The notes: a model not told the origin generated them from the sequence alone. 64,000 nt of DNA from the human T2T-CHM13v2.0 reference genome, Homo sapiens (GCF_009914755.1 NC_060947.1); one strand, 5' to 3'; shown: positions 44,721 through 63,333, counted from the first letter of the stretch. Made by a program: numbers and translations.

Positions 44721-45499
44721 TATTGAGTGCTTTCTCTAAATTGTGAATATTAGGAAATATGGGGAAAATGCCAAGTAAAAAAATTTCAAGGTTCAAGATT
44801 GTGATTTGAATACACATATTATTTTTCCTATTAGATTTAAATTATTTAAAAAAATAAAAATAAATCATAATGTAAGAGATTTGGAAAATACATAATTTTC
44901 TTATATCAATGGTCCAGTAATGTAAAGGGACTGCTGTACAATATAAAAACTTCTAATTATTAATTACTTGAAACCCAAGTGACCTTCTCTCACATTTTCA
45001 TCTCATATAATGCTAAAATGAGGCAGCCAATTATATTGTACATGAAATGGATTGTATTTGAATTAGTTGAGAACATTTACTCTGAGACTTTCTAAAAGAA
45101 AATAAAAATTCCAATATAATACAGGGTATTACATTTAAGGTCAGAAAGAAATTTCATATGTACAGTAAAAAAATGAGAGCTTGTATAATGTTAGTATTTG
45201 TGTTATACTATATAAAGCTTAGCCATACAAAATGTAAATGGCCATTCTGCGTTTTTAGCCAAGTGTAAAATTAACACCAGATATTCATAACCAGGTAGTA
45301 TCGTAATTATGTTAAGCAAGATTATAATTATTATAAGGTAGTTTTGGCACAATTATAAATAAGAACCCATGAAATTCAGTTTAAGACAAATTACATTATA
45401 CAAATCCCACTATTTACTGAAGAATAGCATAAAATGAAAATAGTGTTGAAATGACTGTATCTCAAATACATATTCTTCTCTTTTTGAGTTATCTCAAAT

Positions 45500-46340
45500 T
45501 ATTGATGAGGGTCTAGTAACACATCCTGTTCTTTTCCTTACCTTAATCTTGTATGCCATTTTATATTGTTGATATTCCTCATTTAAATTATTTTTTCCCT
45601 TGGTTTCATGGGCATTATTACTTCCTTATTCTGCTAACATCTGTGAACATTCTATATTTTTCTTCTCCATAGTCTGCTCTTTCTTTACCTTCACTTGAAA
45701 TATTGGTGTCCTTTAAGGTCTATTATGATATGCAGTGTGTTCTTACTCTATACACATTCTGTGCTTGGTGCCGTGGGCCCCCATAGTTTCAAATGCCACC
45801 TAATATGCTGGTACCTCTCAGAACTGCCTCTCCAGCTGTCACGTCTTCCCTAATAAATATATCTGCCTGCTTATTGATAGCTCTATTTGAATACTTCATA
45901 TTTTAGATTTAACAAATACTATCTTGAATTAGTGATCTCTAAATCAGACTTGTTGCTCCTTTTATATTTTGTATATTGATAAATGTTATAATTATCCGTC
46001 TAGTCACTCAAGTCAGAAATTGGCCTTCTCCATTTTCCTTATTGTCAATATGTAACTAGGCATCAGACTCTCTGTAGTTTAGTTCCTTAGAATTTCCTAA
46101 ATGATTCGTTACTTTCTTCTTTCCTTAACCATGGTCTGTCATTACCTCATGCCTAAGGCATTACAAAGTTTTTCAAATTGATGTCCAGGACTCCAGTTTT
46201 GCTCTCCTTTAATCTATTCTCCACACTGATATTTGAGTAATATTTTCTAAACTTGCATTATGTTTATTTTATTTTCTTATGTAATGCAAAATTAATTGTT
46301 ATTGCTCACATCCAATGGTCTCAAATTTACTGTACGTATG
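45500..46340 (+). mobile_element. L2 fragment
   Basis: aaatattggtgtcc, ccatagtttcaaatgccacctaatatgctg, tctattctccacactg. Confidence 0.7.
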
Positions 46341-46354
46341 AATTCCTTGGAATT

Positions 46355-46462
46355 ATATTCCAATTTATGTATATACCATATTTTCTTTATCCATTCATCT
46401 CTCCATGAATATTTGTGTTGCTTCCACATTTTGTCTATTGTGAATAAATATGCTATGAACAC
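46355..46462 (-). mobile_element. Short L1 fragment
   Basis: ataccatattttctttatccattcatct..ttgtctattgtgaataa. Confidence 0.75.
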
Positions 46463-46469
46463 TGGACAC

Positions 46470-46575
46470 TTTTTTAAAATGCAGGTTGTTCAGTTCCCAG
46501 TACCAAAGACTGAATTATTAAGAGCGCAGTGGGGCCCGGGGACCTGCGTGCCAAACAAGCCCCCCTCTTGACAAT
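46470..46575. mobile_element. MER5-like hAT-Charlie MITE fragment
   Basis: taaaatgcag...actgaatt...gtggggcccgggga.ctgc...aacaagcccc. Confidence 0.65.
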
Positions 46576-46739
46576 TTCTACATAAATGGAATTTATGTAG
46601 AATAAATTCCAATAAAGCTCAAATATTGAGAAAAATTAAAATAAAGATTAAAAGCCAAATATCTTGAGACGACATAAAATAAGGTATCTTCTGATTGTTG
46701 ATGTTCATGTAATACCATTACTTGAATCATAAGATTTCT

Positions 46740-47482
46740 TTTTTTAATTATTTTTTATTATGGTAAAAGACACCTCATATGAAATCTACCCTTTTAGCAA
46801 ATTTTTAAGCATACAGTACAATATCATTAACTATATGCACATTTTTTTACAACCGATGTCAAGAATATTTTCATTTTGGAGGACTGAGACTCTACTCACT
46901 ACACAGAAAATGCCTATTTCCCACTTCCCTCAGCCCCTGACAACCATCATTCTACTTTCTGCTTCTATGAGTTTGAATATTTAAGATCCCTCAAACAAGT
47001 AGAATCATATAATATTTGTCTGTGACTAGCTTATTTCACCTGGATAATGTCCCTCCAGGTTCATCCATATTATAGCATATGACAATTTTTCCTTTTATAT
47101 GGTTCAATAATATCCCATTGTGTGTGGGGGTGTATATATATATTCCTTATACATTTATCTGTGTATAAAAATTAAGGTTCTTTCCACCTCTTGGCTATTT
47201 TGATTAAGGCTACAAAGAACATAAAGCGTAAATACCACTGGGATCCAGCTTTGAATTATTTTAGATAAATATCCAGTATTAGGATTACTGGATTATATGG
47301 TAGTGCTATTTCTAATTTTTTGAGGAAACTACATAGTATTTCCCATACTGAATATTCCACTTTACGTTTTCATCAGCAGTGCACAAGGGTCCAAATTCCC
47401 TACATCCTCATCAACACTTGTAATTTTCTGTTTTTGTGAAAATGGCCATCCTAACAGGTTTAAGGTGATATATTTCATTGCA
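46740..47482 (-). mobile_element. L1MA8/9-like 3' end
   Basis: aaatctacccttttagcaaatttttaag, tctactttctgcttctatgagttt. Confidence 0.85.
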
Positions 47483-48054
47483 ACTTTGGAGGATTTTGTT
47501 TATACTTTTATACTGGTGAATATATATATGAGTTTTACCGTTTTAACCATTTTTAATTGTTCAATTCAGTAGAATCAAATACATTTATAATATTCTGCAA
47601 CCATCACCACCATCCATGTCCAGAACTTTTTTCATCTTCACAAACCAAATCTTATTTCCCATAAACATTGCCCATTCTCCCTTTACCCTTGTTCTTACAA
47701 CAACCGTTCTACTTTCTGTCATCACAAATTAGGCTATACCAGGAACCGAATCTAAGTAAAATTATACAGTATTTGTCTTTTTCTGACTGGCTTATTTAAG
47801 TTACCGCAACACCATTAGTGTTACTCCATGTTGTAGCATGTGTCATAATTGTCTTCATTTTTTTAAGGCTGAATAATACTCCATTGAATTTATATACCAC
47901 ATTTTCTTCATCAATTCATCTCTCCATGGATATTTGCAATGCTTCCACACTTTGGTATTGTGAATAAAGCTGCTCTGAACATGGGAGAAAAAATACTATC
48001 TTTTTGAGTCTCTGCTTTCTTTTTGGCATATACACAAAAGTAAAATCTGGACAA

Positions 48055-48557
<503 letters not shown>

Positions 48558-48609
48558 TCAATTTTTCCACTACCCTGCCAACACGTTATTTTCTGTTTTC
48601 TGAAAGAGT

Positions 48610-48845
48610 ATTTTAATTGACAATTTTTGTACATATTTGTGGAATACAGTGTAATATTTTGTTACATGTATACAATGTGTAGTGATCAAATCAGTGATTA
48701 GCATATCAATAATCTCAAACATCATTTCTTCATGGTAGGATCATTCAAAATCCTATTTTCTAGCTATTGCAAAATATACAATAAATTAATGTTAACTATA
48801 GTGACTCTGTAGTGGTATAGAGCCCTAAAACTTACTCCTTCTTAT
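48610..48845 (-). mobile_element. L1MA 3' terminal fragment
   Basis: tgtatacaatgtgtagtgatcaaatcag, ttgcaaaatatacaataaatt. Confidence 0.8.
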
Positions 48846-48849
48846 TCTT

Positions 48850-49232
48850 TTTCTTTTTTTTTTTTTTTGGCTATTTTACCAGTTTTTACAATTCACATGT
48901 CATATAACCCAACAATTTAAAATATACAATTCAGCCAGGTGCGGTGGCTCACCCCTGTGATCCCAGCACTTTGGGAGGCCGAGGCAGGTGGAGCACCTGA
49001 GGTCAGGAGTTTGAGATCAGCCTGGCCAACATGGCAAAATCCCGTCTCTGCTAAAAAATACAAAAATTATCCAGGCATGATGGTGCATGCCTGTAATCCC
49101 AGGTACTCGGGAGGCTGAGGCACGAGAATCACTTTAACCCAGGAGGCAGAGGAAGGCAGAGGTTGTGGTGAGCTGAGATCATGCCACTGCACTCCAGCTT
49201 GGGTGACAGAATGAGACTCTCTCTCTCAAAAA

Positions 49233-49271
<39 letters not shown>

Positions 49272-49645
49272 CAATATAGTAAAATAAAATGTAGAATTCA
49301 AACATTGTTTAAGATATTCACAAAGTTGCACAGCAATTACCAATATCTAATTCCAGAACATTTTCACCACCTCCTAAACAAACCAAAAACCCATTGGAAG
49401 TCCCTCCTCATCTTCTTCCAACCCTCCTAGCCCTAGGTAACCACTAATCTGCTTTCTGTCTCTATATAACTTGTCTGTTTTGAACACTGCATGCATATGG
49501 AATCATAAAATACGAAGCCTTTTGTTACTGTTTTCTTTCACATGTTTACAAGGTTTATTGCCATTGCAGCATTTATTAGAATTTCATTCCTTTTTATTGC
49601 TAAATAGTATCCCTCTGTGAGGATATACCACCTTTTATTTATCCA
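48850..49645 (-). mobile_element. L1MB-like 3' end containing an Alu
   Basis: tattcacaaagttgcac, ttccagaacattttcacc, accactaatctgctttctgtctctat. Confidence 0.85.
48933..49280 (+). mobile_element. AluSx-like with (TAAA)n tail
   Basis: TSD aaaatatacaattca/aaaatgtagaattca. Confidence 0.96.
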
Positions 49646-50077
49646 AATACTTACAGCCAACTGATCTTCAACAAAGCAAACAAAAACAAAGTGGAGAAAG
49701 TCCACCCTATTTGACATATGGTGCTTGGTTTATTGGCAAGCCACATGCAGAAAAATGAAACTGGATCGTCATCTCTCACTTTATAGAAAATGAACTCAAA
49801 ATGGATCAAAGACTTAAATCTAAGACCTGAAACCATAAAAATTCTAGAAGATAACCTTGGAAAAACTCTTCTAGATGTTGGCTTAGGCAAAGAGTTCATG
49901 ACCAAGAACCTAAAAACAAATGCAGCAAAAACAAAGATAAACAGAGGGGACTTAATTTAACTGAAAAGCTTCTGCACAGAAAAAGATATAATCAGCAGAG
50001 GAAAGACAACCCACAGATTGGGAGAAAATACTCACAATCTATGCATCCAATAAAGGACTAATATTCAGAATCTACAA
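49641..50077 (+). mobile_element. Internal L1PB1-like ORF2 segment, no tail or TSD
   Basis: ccaaatacttacagccaactgatcttc, ggcttaggcaaagagttcatgaccaagaacc. Confidence 0.88.
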
Positions 50078-50221
50078 ACAGGAAAAATTTGACTCCCTGT
50101 TATTCCAATTTGGATGCTCTATATTCTGTTTTTTTCTCTTGCCTGATTGCATTGGCTAAGACCTCTAGTACTATGTTGAATAAGAGTGGTGAAAGTGGTA
50201 TTCTTGTTTGTTTCAGTTCTT

Positions 50222-50520
50222 GTTTTTTTTTTTTTTTTTTGAGACAGACACTCGCTCTGTTGCCCAGGCTGGAGTGCAGTGGCATGATCTTGGCTCACTG
50301 CAACCTCCGCCTCCCGGGTTCTAGCAATTCTCCTGCCTCAGTCTCCTGAGTAGCTGGGACTACAGGTGTGCACCACCATGCCCAGCTAATTTTTGTATTT
50401 TTAGTAGAGACGGGGTTTCACCATGCTTGCCAGGCTGGCCTTGAACTCCTGACCTCGTGATCTGCCCACCTCGGCCTCCCAAAGTGCTAGGATTACAGGC
50501 AAGAGCCGCTGCACCTGGCC
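50222..50520 (-). mobile_element. AluSg-like
   Basis: TSD tttgtttcagttctt. Confidence 0.97.
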
Positions 50521-50909
50521 ATTTGTTTCAGTTCTTATAGAAGGGGCTTTCAACTTTTTCCTATTCATTATAAAACTAGTTGTGGATTTCTCATATGTGG
50601 TCTTAATTGAATTGAGGAATATTCCTTGCATATCTAATTGGTTGAATTTTTTATCATGGAAAAATGTTGACATTTATTAATTGCTTATTCTGTGTCTATT
50701 GAGACAATCTTATTTTTTTCCCTTCATTCTGTTGATGTGATATATTATGTTTATCGATTTGCGTATGTTAAACCATCTTTGCAAGCTTGAGGTAAATCTC
50801 ACTTGATCGTAGTGTATCATCTTTTTAGTGTGCTGCTGGATTTGTTTTGATAGTGTTTTGTTGAGGATTTTTGCATCTATTTTTATCAAAGTTATTGGCC
50901 TGTAGTTAT

Positions 50910-50931
50910 GTTGTTGTTGTTGTTGTTGTTG
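50910..50931. repeat. (GTT)7 microsatellite
   Basis: Read directly. Confidence 0.85.
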
Positions 50932-51346
50932 TGTCCTTATCTGGTTTGGGTATCAGGTTCAGGCTGGCCTCATAGAATGAGTTTGAAAGAATTTTCTCCT
51001 CATTTTTTTTTGGAATAATTTAAGAATAATTGGTGTTAGTTTTTCTTTAAATATGTGGTAGAATTGAGCTGCAAAGCCATCAGTCCTGGGCTTTTCTTTG
51101 TTAGTAGAAATTTTATTACTCATTCTACTTCATTACTTGTTTTGGTTTGTTCAGTCTTTTAATTTCCTTATGGTTCAATGTAGGTATCTTGTATTTGAAC
51201 AGAAATTTAGATTTTCCAATTTGTTGATGTATAGTTGTTAATAATAATCCTTCCTTATTCTTTGCATTTATATGCAAAGGTATTAGAAATAATATCTCCT
51301 TTTTGTTCCTGATTTTATTTGGGTTAATTTTTTTCCTATTCAGAAC

Positions 51347-54836
<3,490 letters not shown>

Positions 54837-55054
54837 TTATTTGGGTTTTCTATCTTTTTTCTCACTTAGTTTAGCAAATGGTTTGTTAAATTTACCACTT
54901 AAAAATTGTTTTATTTATATTTTGTATTTATTTTTCAAATTTATATTTCATTTATTTCTGCTCTCTTATTCAATATTTCTTTCCTTTTACTAGTTTTGGG
55001 TTTGGTCTGTTCTTGCATTTGTATTTCCTTGAGTGTCATGGTTAGGTTTGTCTG

Positions 55055-55825
55055 CTTAATATTGTCCCATGAGTCTTACAGGCTTTCTTCATTCTTTTTA
55101 CTTTATTTTTCATCTGACTGGGATATTTCAAAAGACATAGTTTCAAATTCAGACATTATTTTTTTCTGCTTTATCTAGTCTATTCATGCTTTTTATTGTA
55201 TTTTTTATCTATTGAATTATTTAGCTTTAAGATTTCTGTTGGGTCTTTCTTATGATTTATATCTCTTTGCATAAATTCTCATTCATGTCATGAATTATTT
55301 ACCTGGTTTCAATGAATTGTTTATTTGTATTCTCTTGTATCTCACAGAGTTGCCTTAAGATCATTATTTTGCACTGCCTTTCAAGTATTTTATAGGTACC
55401 TTGTTTTGAAGTGTCTGTTACTGGAAAGTGGTTATATTTCTTTAGAGATATTATGTTTTCTTACTTTTTTATATTTCTTTTGTAACTATGTTGGTGTCTG
55501 CACACTTGATGAAGCATTTGCCTCTTTCAATTTTATGGAGTAACTTTCACAGGAAAAGACATTTTCCTGTAAATTTGTTCTATAGTGTCAGTTGGGTAGG
55601 GTGCTTTGGCTTTAATTCTGGGTATGCACAGTAGTGTAGTCTCTGTGTAACTTCTTTGGCTTTAACCAGTGTCAGCAGTGTCTACAGGTGTCTCAATTGC
55701 TTAGACTGTGGGTATTTGTGGAGGCACTGGTGTGGCTTTGCTGAGGGTGGGGGGCTCCAGGAAGGCCAGATATTAGGTCTTGGCAGGTAGGCATTCACCA
55801 AGTGTGTGCATTTAGTGGCTCTACC
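55055..55825 (-). mobile_element. L1M 5' region/ORF1 fragment
   Basis: ggctttcttcattcttttt, gggatatttcaaaagac, tcagttgggtagggtgctttggcttt. Confidence 0.65.
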
Positions 55826-55864
55826 AGTTATTACAATTTTGATTTGCATTTCCCTGGTGATTAG

Positions 55865-56227
55865 GGTCATAGTCCATTTGGACTGGTATACAAAATATCA
55901 CAAACTGGATAGCTTATAAACATTATCAATTAATTCTTCATTGTTCTAGAGACTGTAGTTTGAGATCCAAGTGCCAGCATGGTCAGGTCCTGGTCATGGC
56001 TTTCTTTTGGGTTATAGACTACTGACTTCTCTCTGTCTTTACAAGGAAGAAGGGGTGAGTGGTTTCTCTCAGGACTCTTTTTATAAGGGCACTAATCTCA
56101 TTCATGAGGGTTTCACCCCCCGTGACTGAATCACCTCCTAAACTTCCCACTTCCTAATACCATCAATTTGGGTGGGAGAATTTTAACATATGAACTTTAG
56201 GGAGACATAAATATTCAGACCCTAGGA
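55865..56227 (-). mobile_element. MLT1A0-like LTR
   Basis: ttttataagggcactaatctcattcatgaggg; perfect TSD attag. Confidence 0.9.
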
Positions 56228-56600
56228 ATTAGTAATGTTTAGCATCTTTTTATAAACTTGGTCATTTACATGTTCTTTTTGAAGAAATAGCTATCCAAGT
56301 ACTTTGCTCATTTTAAATGGGATTATTTGGATTTTGCTATTGATTTTTAGGAGCTTTTATACTTTGCATATTAATCTTTTATCAAATACATCATATGCAA
56401 ATATTATCTCCCATTCTGTCCATTGCCTTTTCACTCTGCTGCTTATTTTTTATGCTATATGGAGCTTTGTGGTTTGATATAGTCCCACTTTTTAAAAAAT
56501 TTTTCTGCCTGTACTTTTTGTGTTAGATCCAAGAAATTCATTGTCAAGGCCAGTATTATAAAGATTTTTATCTATATTTTTATTTCAGAGATTATAATAA

Positions 56601-56960
<360 letters not shown>

Positions 56961-59353
56961 TAAGAGATATCATTTCACCATCGTGTAGTTTTGGCACCCT
57001 TGTTAAAGATCGTTTTACAGTATATCCATGGATTTAGTTTGGAGCTCTTTGTTTTACTTCAATTATCGAGTGTCTGTCTTTATGCCAACATCATACGGTC
57101 TTGATTCCTACTGATTTGTAATATATCTTTTAATCAGAAAGTTGGAAACCCTCATCTATGGTCTTCTTTCTCAAAACTGTTTTGGTTATTTAGCATCCCT
57201 TGTGGTTCCACATGAATTATTATTTTTTTGTATTTTTGTGAAAAACAAATGAGTCCTATTGAAAAACATTAGGTTTTTTAAAGAATTTGCATTGAATCTG
57301 TAAATTGCTTTTGGTAGTATAAGGCATTTTAACAATATTAATTCTTCTAACCCATGAACATAGGATGTCTTTTCATCCATTTATGTCTTTTTTAGTTTTC
57401 TTCAGCAATATTTCATAGTTTTTACTGTACAAATCTTTTACCTCCTTGGTTAAATTTATTTCTAGGTTTTTATTCTTGTTGGTGTTGGTGTAAATTGGAT
57501 TGTTTTCTTAATTTTATTTACCTATTTTTGTTGCTAGTATACATAAATGTAACTACTTTTTGTAGGTTGATTTTATATTCTGCACAGTTTCTGAATTTAT
57601 TAGTTTTTACAAGTTTTATGTGGAATTTTAGAATTTTATATATATAAGATCATGTCATCTTTGAACAGAGATAATTTTACTTTTTTCATTTTGATGTAAA
57701 TGCCTTTATTTATTTTTCTTGCCAATTGCTCTAGCTAGACTTCATATTATTCTGCTTAATTGAAGTGACAAATATGGACATCCTTTGGTTGCTATTCCTT
57801 TGTTCCTGATCATAAGGAAAAACTTTCAGTCTTTCACCAGTAAGTATAATATTAGTTGTGGATTTTTTATAAATAGCCTTTATTGTGTTGAGAAAATTTC
57901 TTTTTTCTCCATATTGTTAGCATTTAACTTAAATGGCTTTTGTGTTTTATCAAATGCTTTTTCTGTATCTATTAAAATGATCATGTGATCTTCATCCTTC
58001 TTTCTTCTAATGTGTTGTATTACATTGTTTGATTTTCATATGCTGAAACATTTTTATATCCCAGTGATACATTTAGCTTGATCATGGTGTAGAATCCTTT
58101 TAATATGCTGTGGAATTTGGTTTTCTAGAATTTTTATATCCATGTTCATTAGGGATATTTGCTTGTAGTTCCTCTTTCTTATAGTGTCTTTGTCTTTGGC
58201 ATGAGGGTAATACTGACTTTAACAATTGAGTTTAGAAGATTTCCATCTTTTTCAAATTTGTGGAAGAATCGTAAACTAGAGAATTGTTGTTAATTCTTTA
58301 AATATTAGGTTGAATTCACCAGTGAAGCCATATTGTCCTCGGCTCTTTCTTGTTGGTAGTGTTCTGATGAATGATTCAATCTTCTTCTAGTTCAGACTGT
58401 TTTCATGGTTTAGTCATTGTGGTTTGTATATTTCTAGAGATATATGTATTTCTTCTAGGCTGTCAAATTTGTTGTTGTATAATGCTTTGCAGTAGTTTCT
58501 TAGGATCATTTTTTTCCTTGTGGGATTGGTTGTCTCCTATTTCATTTCTGATTTTTTTACTTGAGTCTTCGCCCTCATTTTTTTTTATTCTAGCTAAAAG
58601 TGTATCTATTTTCTCTGATATTTTCAAAACACAACACTTAGATTTAATTTTTTTCTAGTGTTTTCTATTTATTTATTTAATTCTACTCTAATCTTTATTA
58701 TTGCCTTTCTTCTGTTATTGTTTATCTTTCTTTTTCTTTTACTAGTTCCTTGAGGTGCAAAGTTAGGTTGTTTATTTGAGATAGTTCTTCGTTTTAAAGA
58801 AGTAAGCATTTAACACTATGAACTTCCCTTTTAATACTGATTTTGCTGCATTCTATATATTTTGGCAAGTTTTTTTTTTTCATTTGCTTCAAAATGTTTT
58901 CTAATTTCACTTTTGATTCCTTCTTTGAATCACTCCTCGTTCAATAATGTTTAATTACCAAATATTTGTGAAGCTTCCAATTTTTCTTCCGCTATTTACT
59001 TCTAGTTTCATTCTATTATGGTTAGAAAAGTACGTGGTATAATTTAAATCTCCTGAATCTTTTAAGACTTGTTTTGTAACCTCAGATGTGCTCTATCTTG
59101 AAAAATGTTTCATGTGTACTTGAGAAGAATGTGTATTCTATTGCTGTTGGGTGAAATGTTCTGTATATGTCTGCTAGGTCCATTTGATCTATATATTGTT
59201 CATGTTCTCCGTTTATTTATAGTCTATACAAATGTTCCATTCATTATTGAAAATGGAGCATTAAAGTCTCCTATTATTATTTTATCACTGTCTATTTTTC
59301 CCTTCATTTATGTCAATGTTTGTTCCATATATTTGGGTGCTCTCTTATAGGGT

Positions 59354-59359
59354 ACACAG

Positions 59360-59394
<35 letters not shown>

Positions 59395-59520
59395 CATATA
59401 TATATAATTTATCTTCCTGGTGAATAAATCTTTTACATATATGTATATGTGTATGTGTGTGTATGTATATATATGTATATATGTATATATATACACACAT
59501 ATATGTAAATATATATACAT
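59354..59520. repeat. Compound (CA)n/(TA)n and (TATG/TG)n microsatellites
   Basis: Read directly. Confidence 0.95.
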
Positions 59521-59999
59521 AAATGTCTTCTTTATTTCTTGTGAGAGTTTTTGACTTAAAGTTTATAGTCTATTTAGTCTGGTATAAGTATGGCCACCCC
59601 TGCTCCCTTTTGGCTACCATTTGCATACTGTACCTTTCTTCTACGCTTTCACTTTCAGTCTATGTGTGTTCTTATTTTTTTTACATTCTACATACAAATG
59701 TTCTCAATACATGTGTCTTTAAATCTAAAGTAAATCTCTTGTAAGCAATGTATCGTGGATTTTAAAAATTCATTGCGTTCCTCTTTTCATTGGGTGGTTC
59801 TATCCATCTACACTTAAAGCAATTGCTGACAAGGAGGGACTTACTATAGCCATTTTGTTGTTTTCTGTCTGTCTTGTAGCTTTTTTGTTTTTTTCCTCTT
59901 TTTGTCTTTTGTGTTTCCTCATTTTTTTTTAATGACATGCTTTGATTCCTTTATCATTTTCTTTTATGCATCTTCTATCAGTATTTTCTTTGATGTTAC

Positions 60000-60351
60000 T
60001 GTCTTACCTGTTATAGTAAACTATCATAGACTGGGAAGCTTAAGCAACAAATATTTATTTATCTCCATTCTAGGGCTAAAAATCTGAGATCGGGTGTCAC
60101 CATGGTTGGGTTCTTGCTGAGGGCCCTCATTCTGATTTATAGTCAGTTGCCTTCCTGATGTATCCTCATGAGACAAAGTAAAATCGTCTCTCTCATTTGT
60201 CTCTCATCTCTCTCATAAGAACACTAATCCTATTCACAAAGGCTACATATTCTTGATCTCATTACCTCCCCAAAGTGCCACTTCCAAATACCATGATATT
60301 GGGTCTTCAGCATGAATTTGCGGGGAGGCACAAACATTAATTTTTATAACA
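60000..60351 (-). mobile_element. MLT1A-like LTR
   Basis: tgtctta...catagactggg...cactaatcctattca...tataaca; perfect TSD gttac. Confidence 0.88.
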
Positions 60352-62192
60352 GTTACCATTTGGCTTACATAAAACATCTAATATATATATATATATATTT
60401 TTAAAGCTGATAACAACTTAACTTGAATTTTACACAAAAACCCTACTCTTTTATTTTGCCCCCAAATTATGTTATGGACATCACAAATTACATCTTCTAT
60501 TGTGTATCCATTAACCTATGCCTAAGTTATGGTTATTTTTATACTTTTCTCATCTTCTGTATTAGAATAAAATTGACTTGTGCAGTGCTGTTATAGCAAT
60601 ATTCTGCATTTGTGTATATGTTTGTTATTACCAATAAACTTTCACTTTCTTATGCTTTTATGATGTTCTTTAGTGTTCTTTCATCTTGACGAACTCTCTT
60701 TAGCATTTCTTGTAATGCAAATCTGGTGGTAATGTACTTTCTCAGCATTTGTAAACACTTCTGGGGTATTCTTTATTTCTCCTTCATTTTTGAAGCACAG
60801 TGTTGTCAGATAAAGTAGTCTTGGTTGTATATGAGCCTTAATTCTACTTTCTACAAGCCTGTGGAAAATATTTTTGTTAGTTGGGCTATAATCTTCTTGC
60901 AATACTTGCATGTTCCTATGTTTATCTTTACTTTTCCAAAGGTAAAATAATTTTCTACTGCTTCCCAAATTACTTTAACTGTCAACATTATAAAACCTTG
61001 AGATGAAAAATCTAAACCTTCAAAAACTTGACTAAATTTCCTTACTCAAGCTTTCTAATTTCTGATTATGAAATATCATTTGCACCAATTAACAAAAACA
61101 AGGTACTCTTTATAACCCATTTCTAGTTCCTAACCTAATTATTCTTCTTAAATGCTTGAATATAAATGTGAAATTGAACAAATTTGAGGTTCTTGCATCA
61201 CTCCTATATCTAAAGTATCTGTTTCACTAGTGTATGTTAATAAGAGTGTGCGAAAATGGTGCTTTAATAATCGTGAGGTTAGATGCTCATCTGATGTTCG
61301 CAGCTATGTTATATTACCAACCATTTTCTCTTTTGTGATTGACCAATGTCCACACATTGATGATTTTTAAATATTTAAATATCATTATGCTTCTTTGGTT
61401 TTTCAATAATTTTAGGAAATGATTAGCTAAATCTCCATACTTCTTACGAATTTTATGAAATATAAGTTTAAAGAGTAAAGCCGGTACTCAAAACTTAGCA
61501 TGTTTGCATTAACTGTCATTTATCTATATTTATACCTCTGTATATAAATACAGAAATAATTACAAAAATGTAAATGTAAAAATATAAACATCTGTATTTA
61601 TATATCTGCGTCTCTATCGGCAGAGGAGAGAGAAATACAAAGACAGAGAGAGAGAGAAAGCTATTTGGATACATTTTAATTTCTGATAATAAAGTTATAT
61701 GTTTAGGGATTTACAATAACCTTACTTATTAGGAATAAGCAGTGGCATCAATAATAAAAGAACTTTGCATGTCTTCAGCTTCTACATTTGGATCAAAATT
61801 TTCTTGACATAATCTATATCTATTTTTTAAGGTGAGAACTGGTGACTCACTTTAGTTTCTTTTTTCCCCAAAAATTGGATATTTAAATTGACAACCTCAA
61901 TCTCTTCCAGCTTTATGGAAATACACAATCTGTATATACTCATTCATATGCATAGTGATATTTGTTGATTAACTCACTAGTCCTCAATTATAGCCATTAA
62001 TTTCCTTGTGTTGATAATAATTCTTTCTTGATATAGCACCATGCTTACTGAGATTTTTCTGTAAAATATTTCATAAAGCATTATACTTCGATACTTACTT
62101 TTGGAATATTAGATTTGATAGTTACAAAAATAAAGATGAATAACATAACATAATAATTATTGATTATAATAATTATTCTCAAAATCGTTTGT

Positions 62193-62623
62193 TGTAAAGG
62201 GCATATTGTTAAAAATATCTTCACTCCCCTTTCTTCCCTTTTACTGTGGGATGAATATATTTTCATGCCCTATTAATGTTAGGCTTAGGTATGTGACTTG
62301 TTTGTGCAATGGCATATGAACAAATGTGATATACAAATGTCCAATAAATGCTAATTATTGGCACTTCTCATGAGGTTCTGATAGATGCCTGCAGAATAAA
62401 ATGTTTTATATAACAGACATTAATTCATTCTCGGTACTAGGATAGGAAAACACATCATGCAAACCTTAGCACTCTGTTCAGCCTGAATCTAAACCAAGTC
62501 AACATTAGGAGAGTTAAATAGAATCATAGCCAACCCAAAGACTCAGTACTGATAAATATGTGTTTACTACAATTCATGAGATTTGTGAGTTACTTATTAC
62601 TGCACCAAAGGCTGGCTAATACA
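62193..62623 (+). mobile_element. MLT1I/J-like LTR
   Basis: atgttaggcttaggtatgtgacttgtttg..caatgg; end gctggctaataca. Confidence 0.7.
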
Positions 62624-62789
62624 TTATGTTTAGAAAAGATATATATTTGAGGTGTCTTTTGTTGTAAATAATAATCATATCAATATAAACAACTGCTGTT
62701 GCTTAGTCAACATTGGTTTATTTTTTCACAGACAAACAATGTAATACAGGAAGTACTTACTGTTGGCATTTATTATGGGTCTCTTGGTG

Positions 62790-63333
<544 letters not shown>

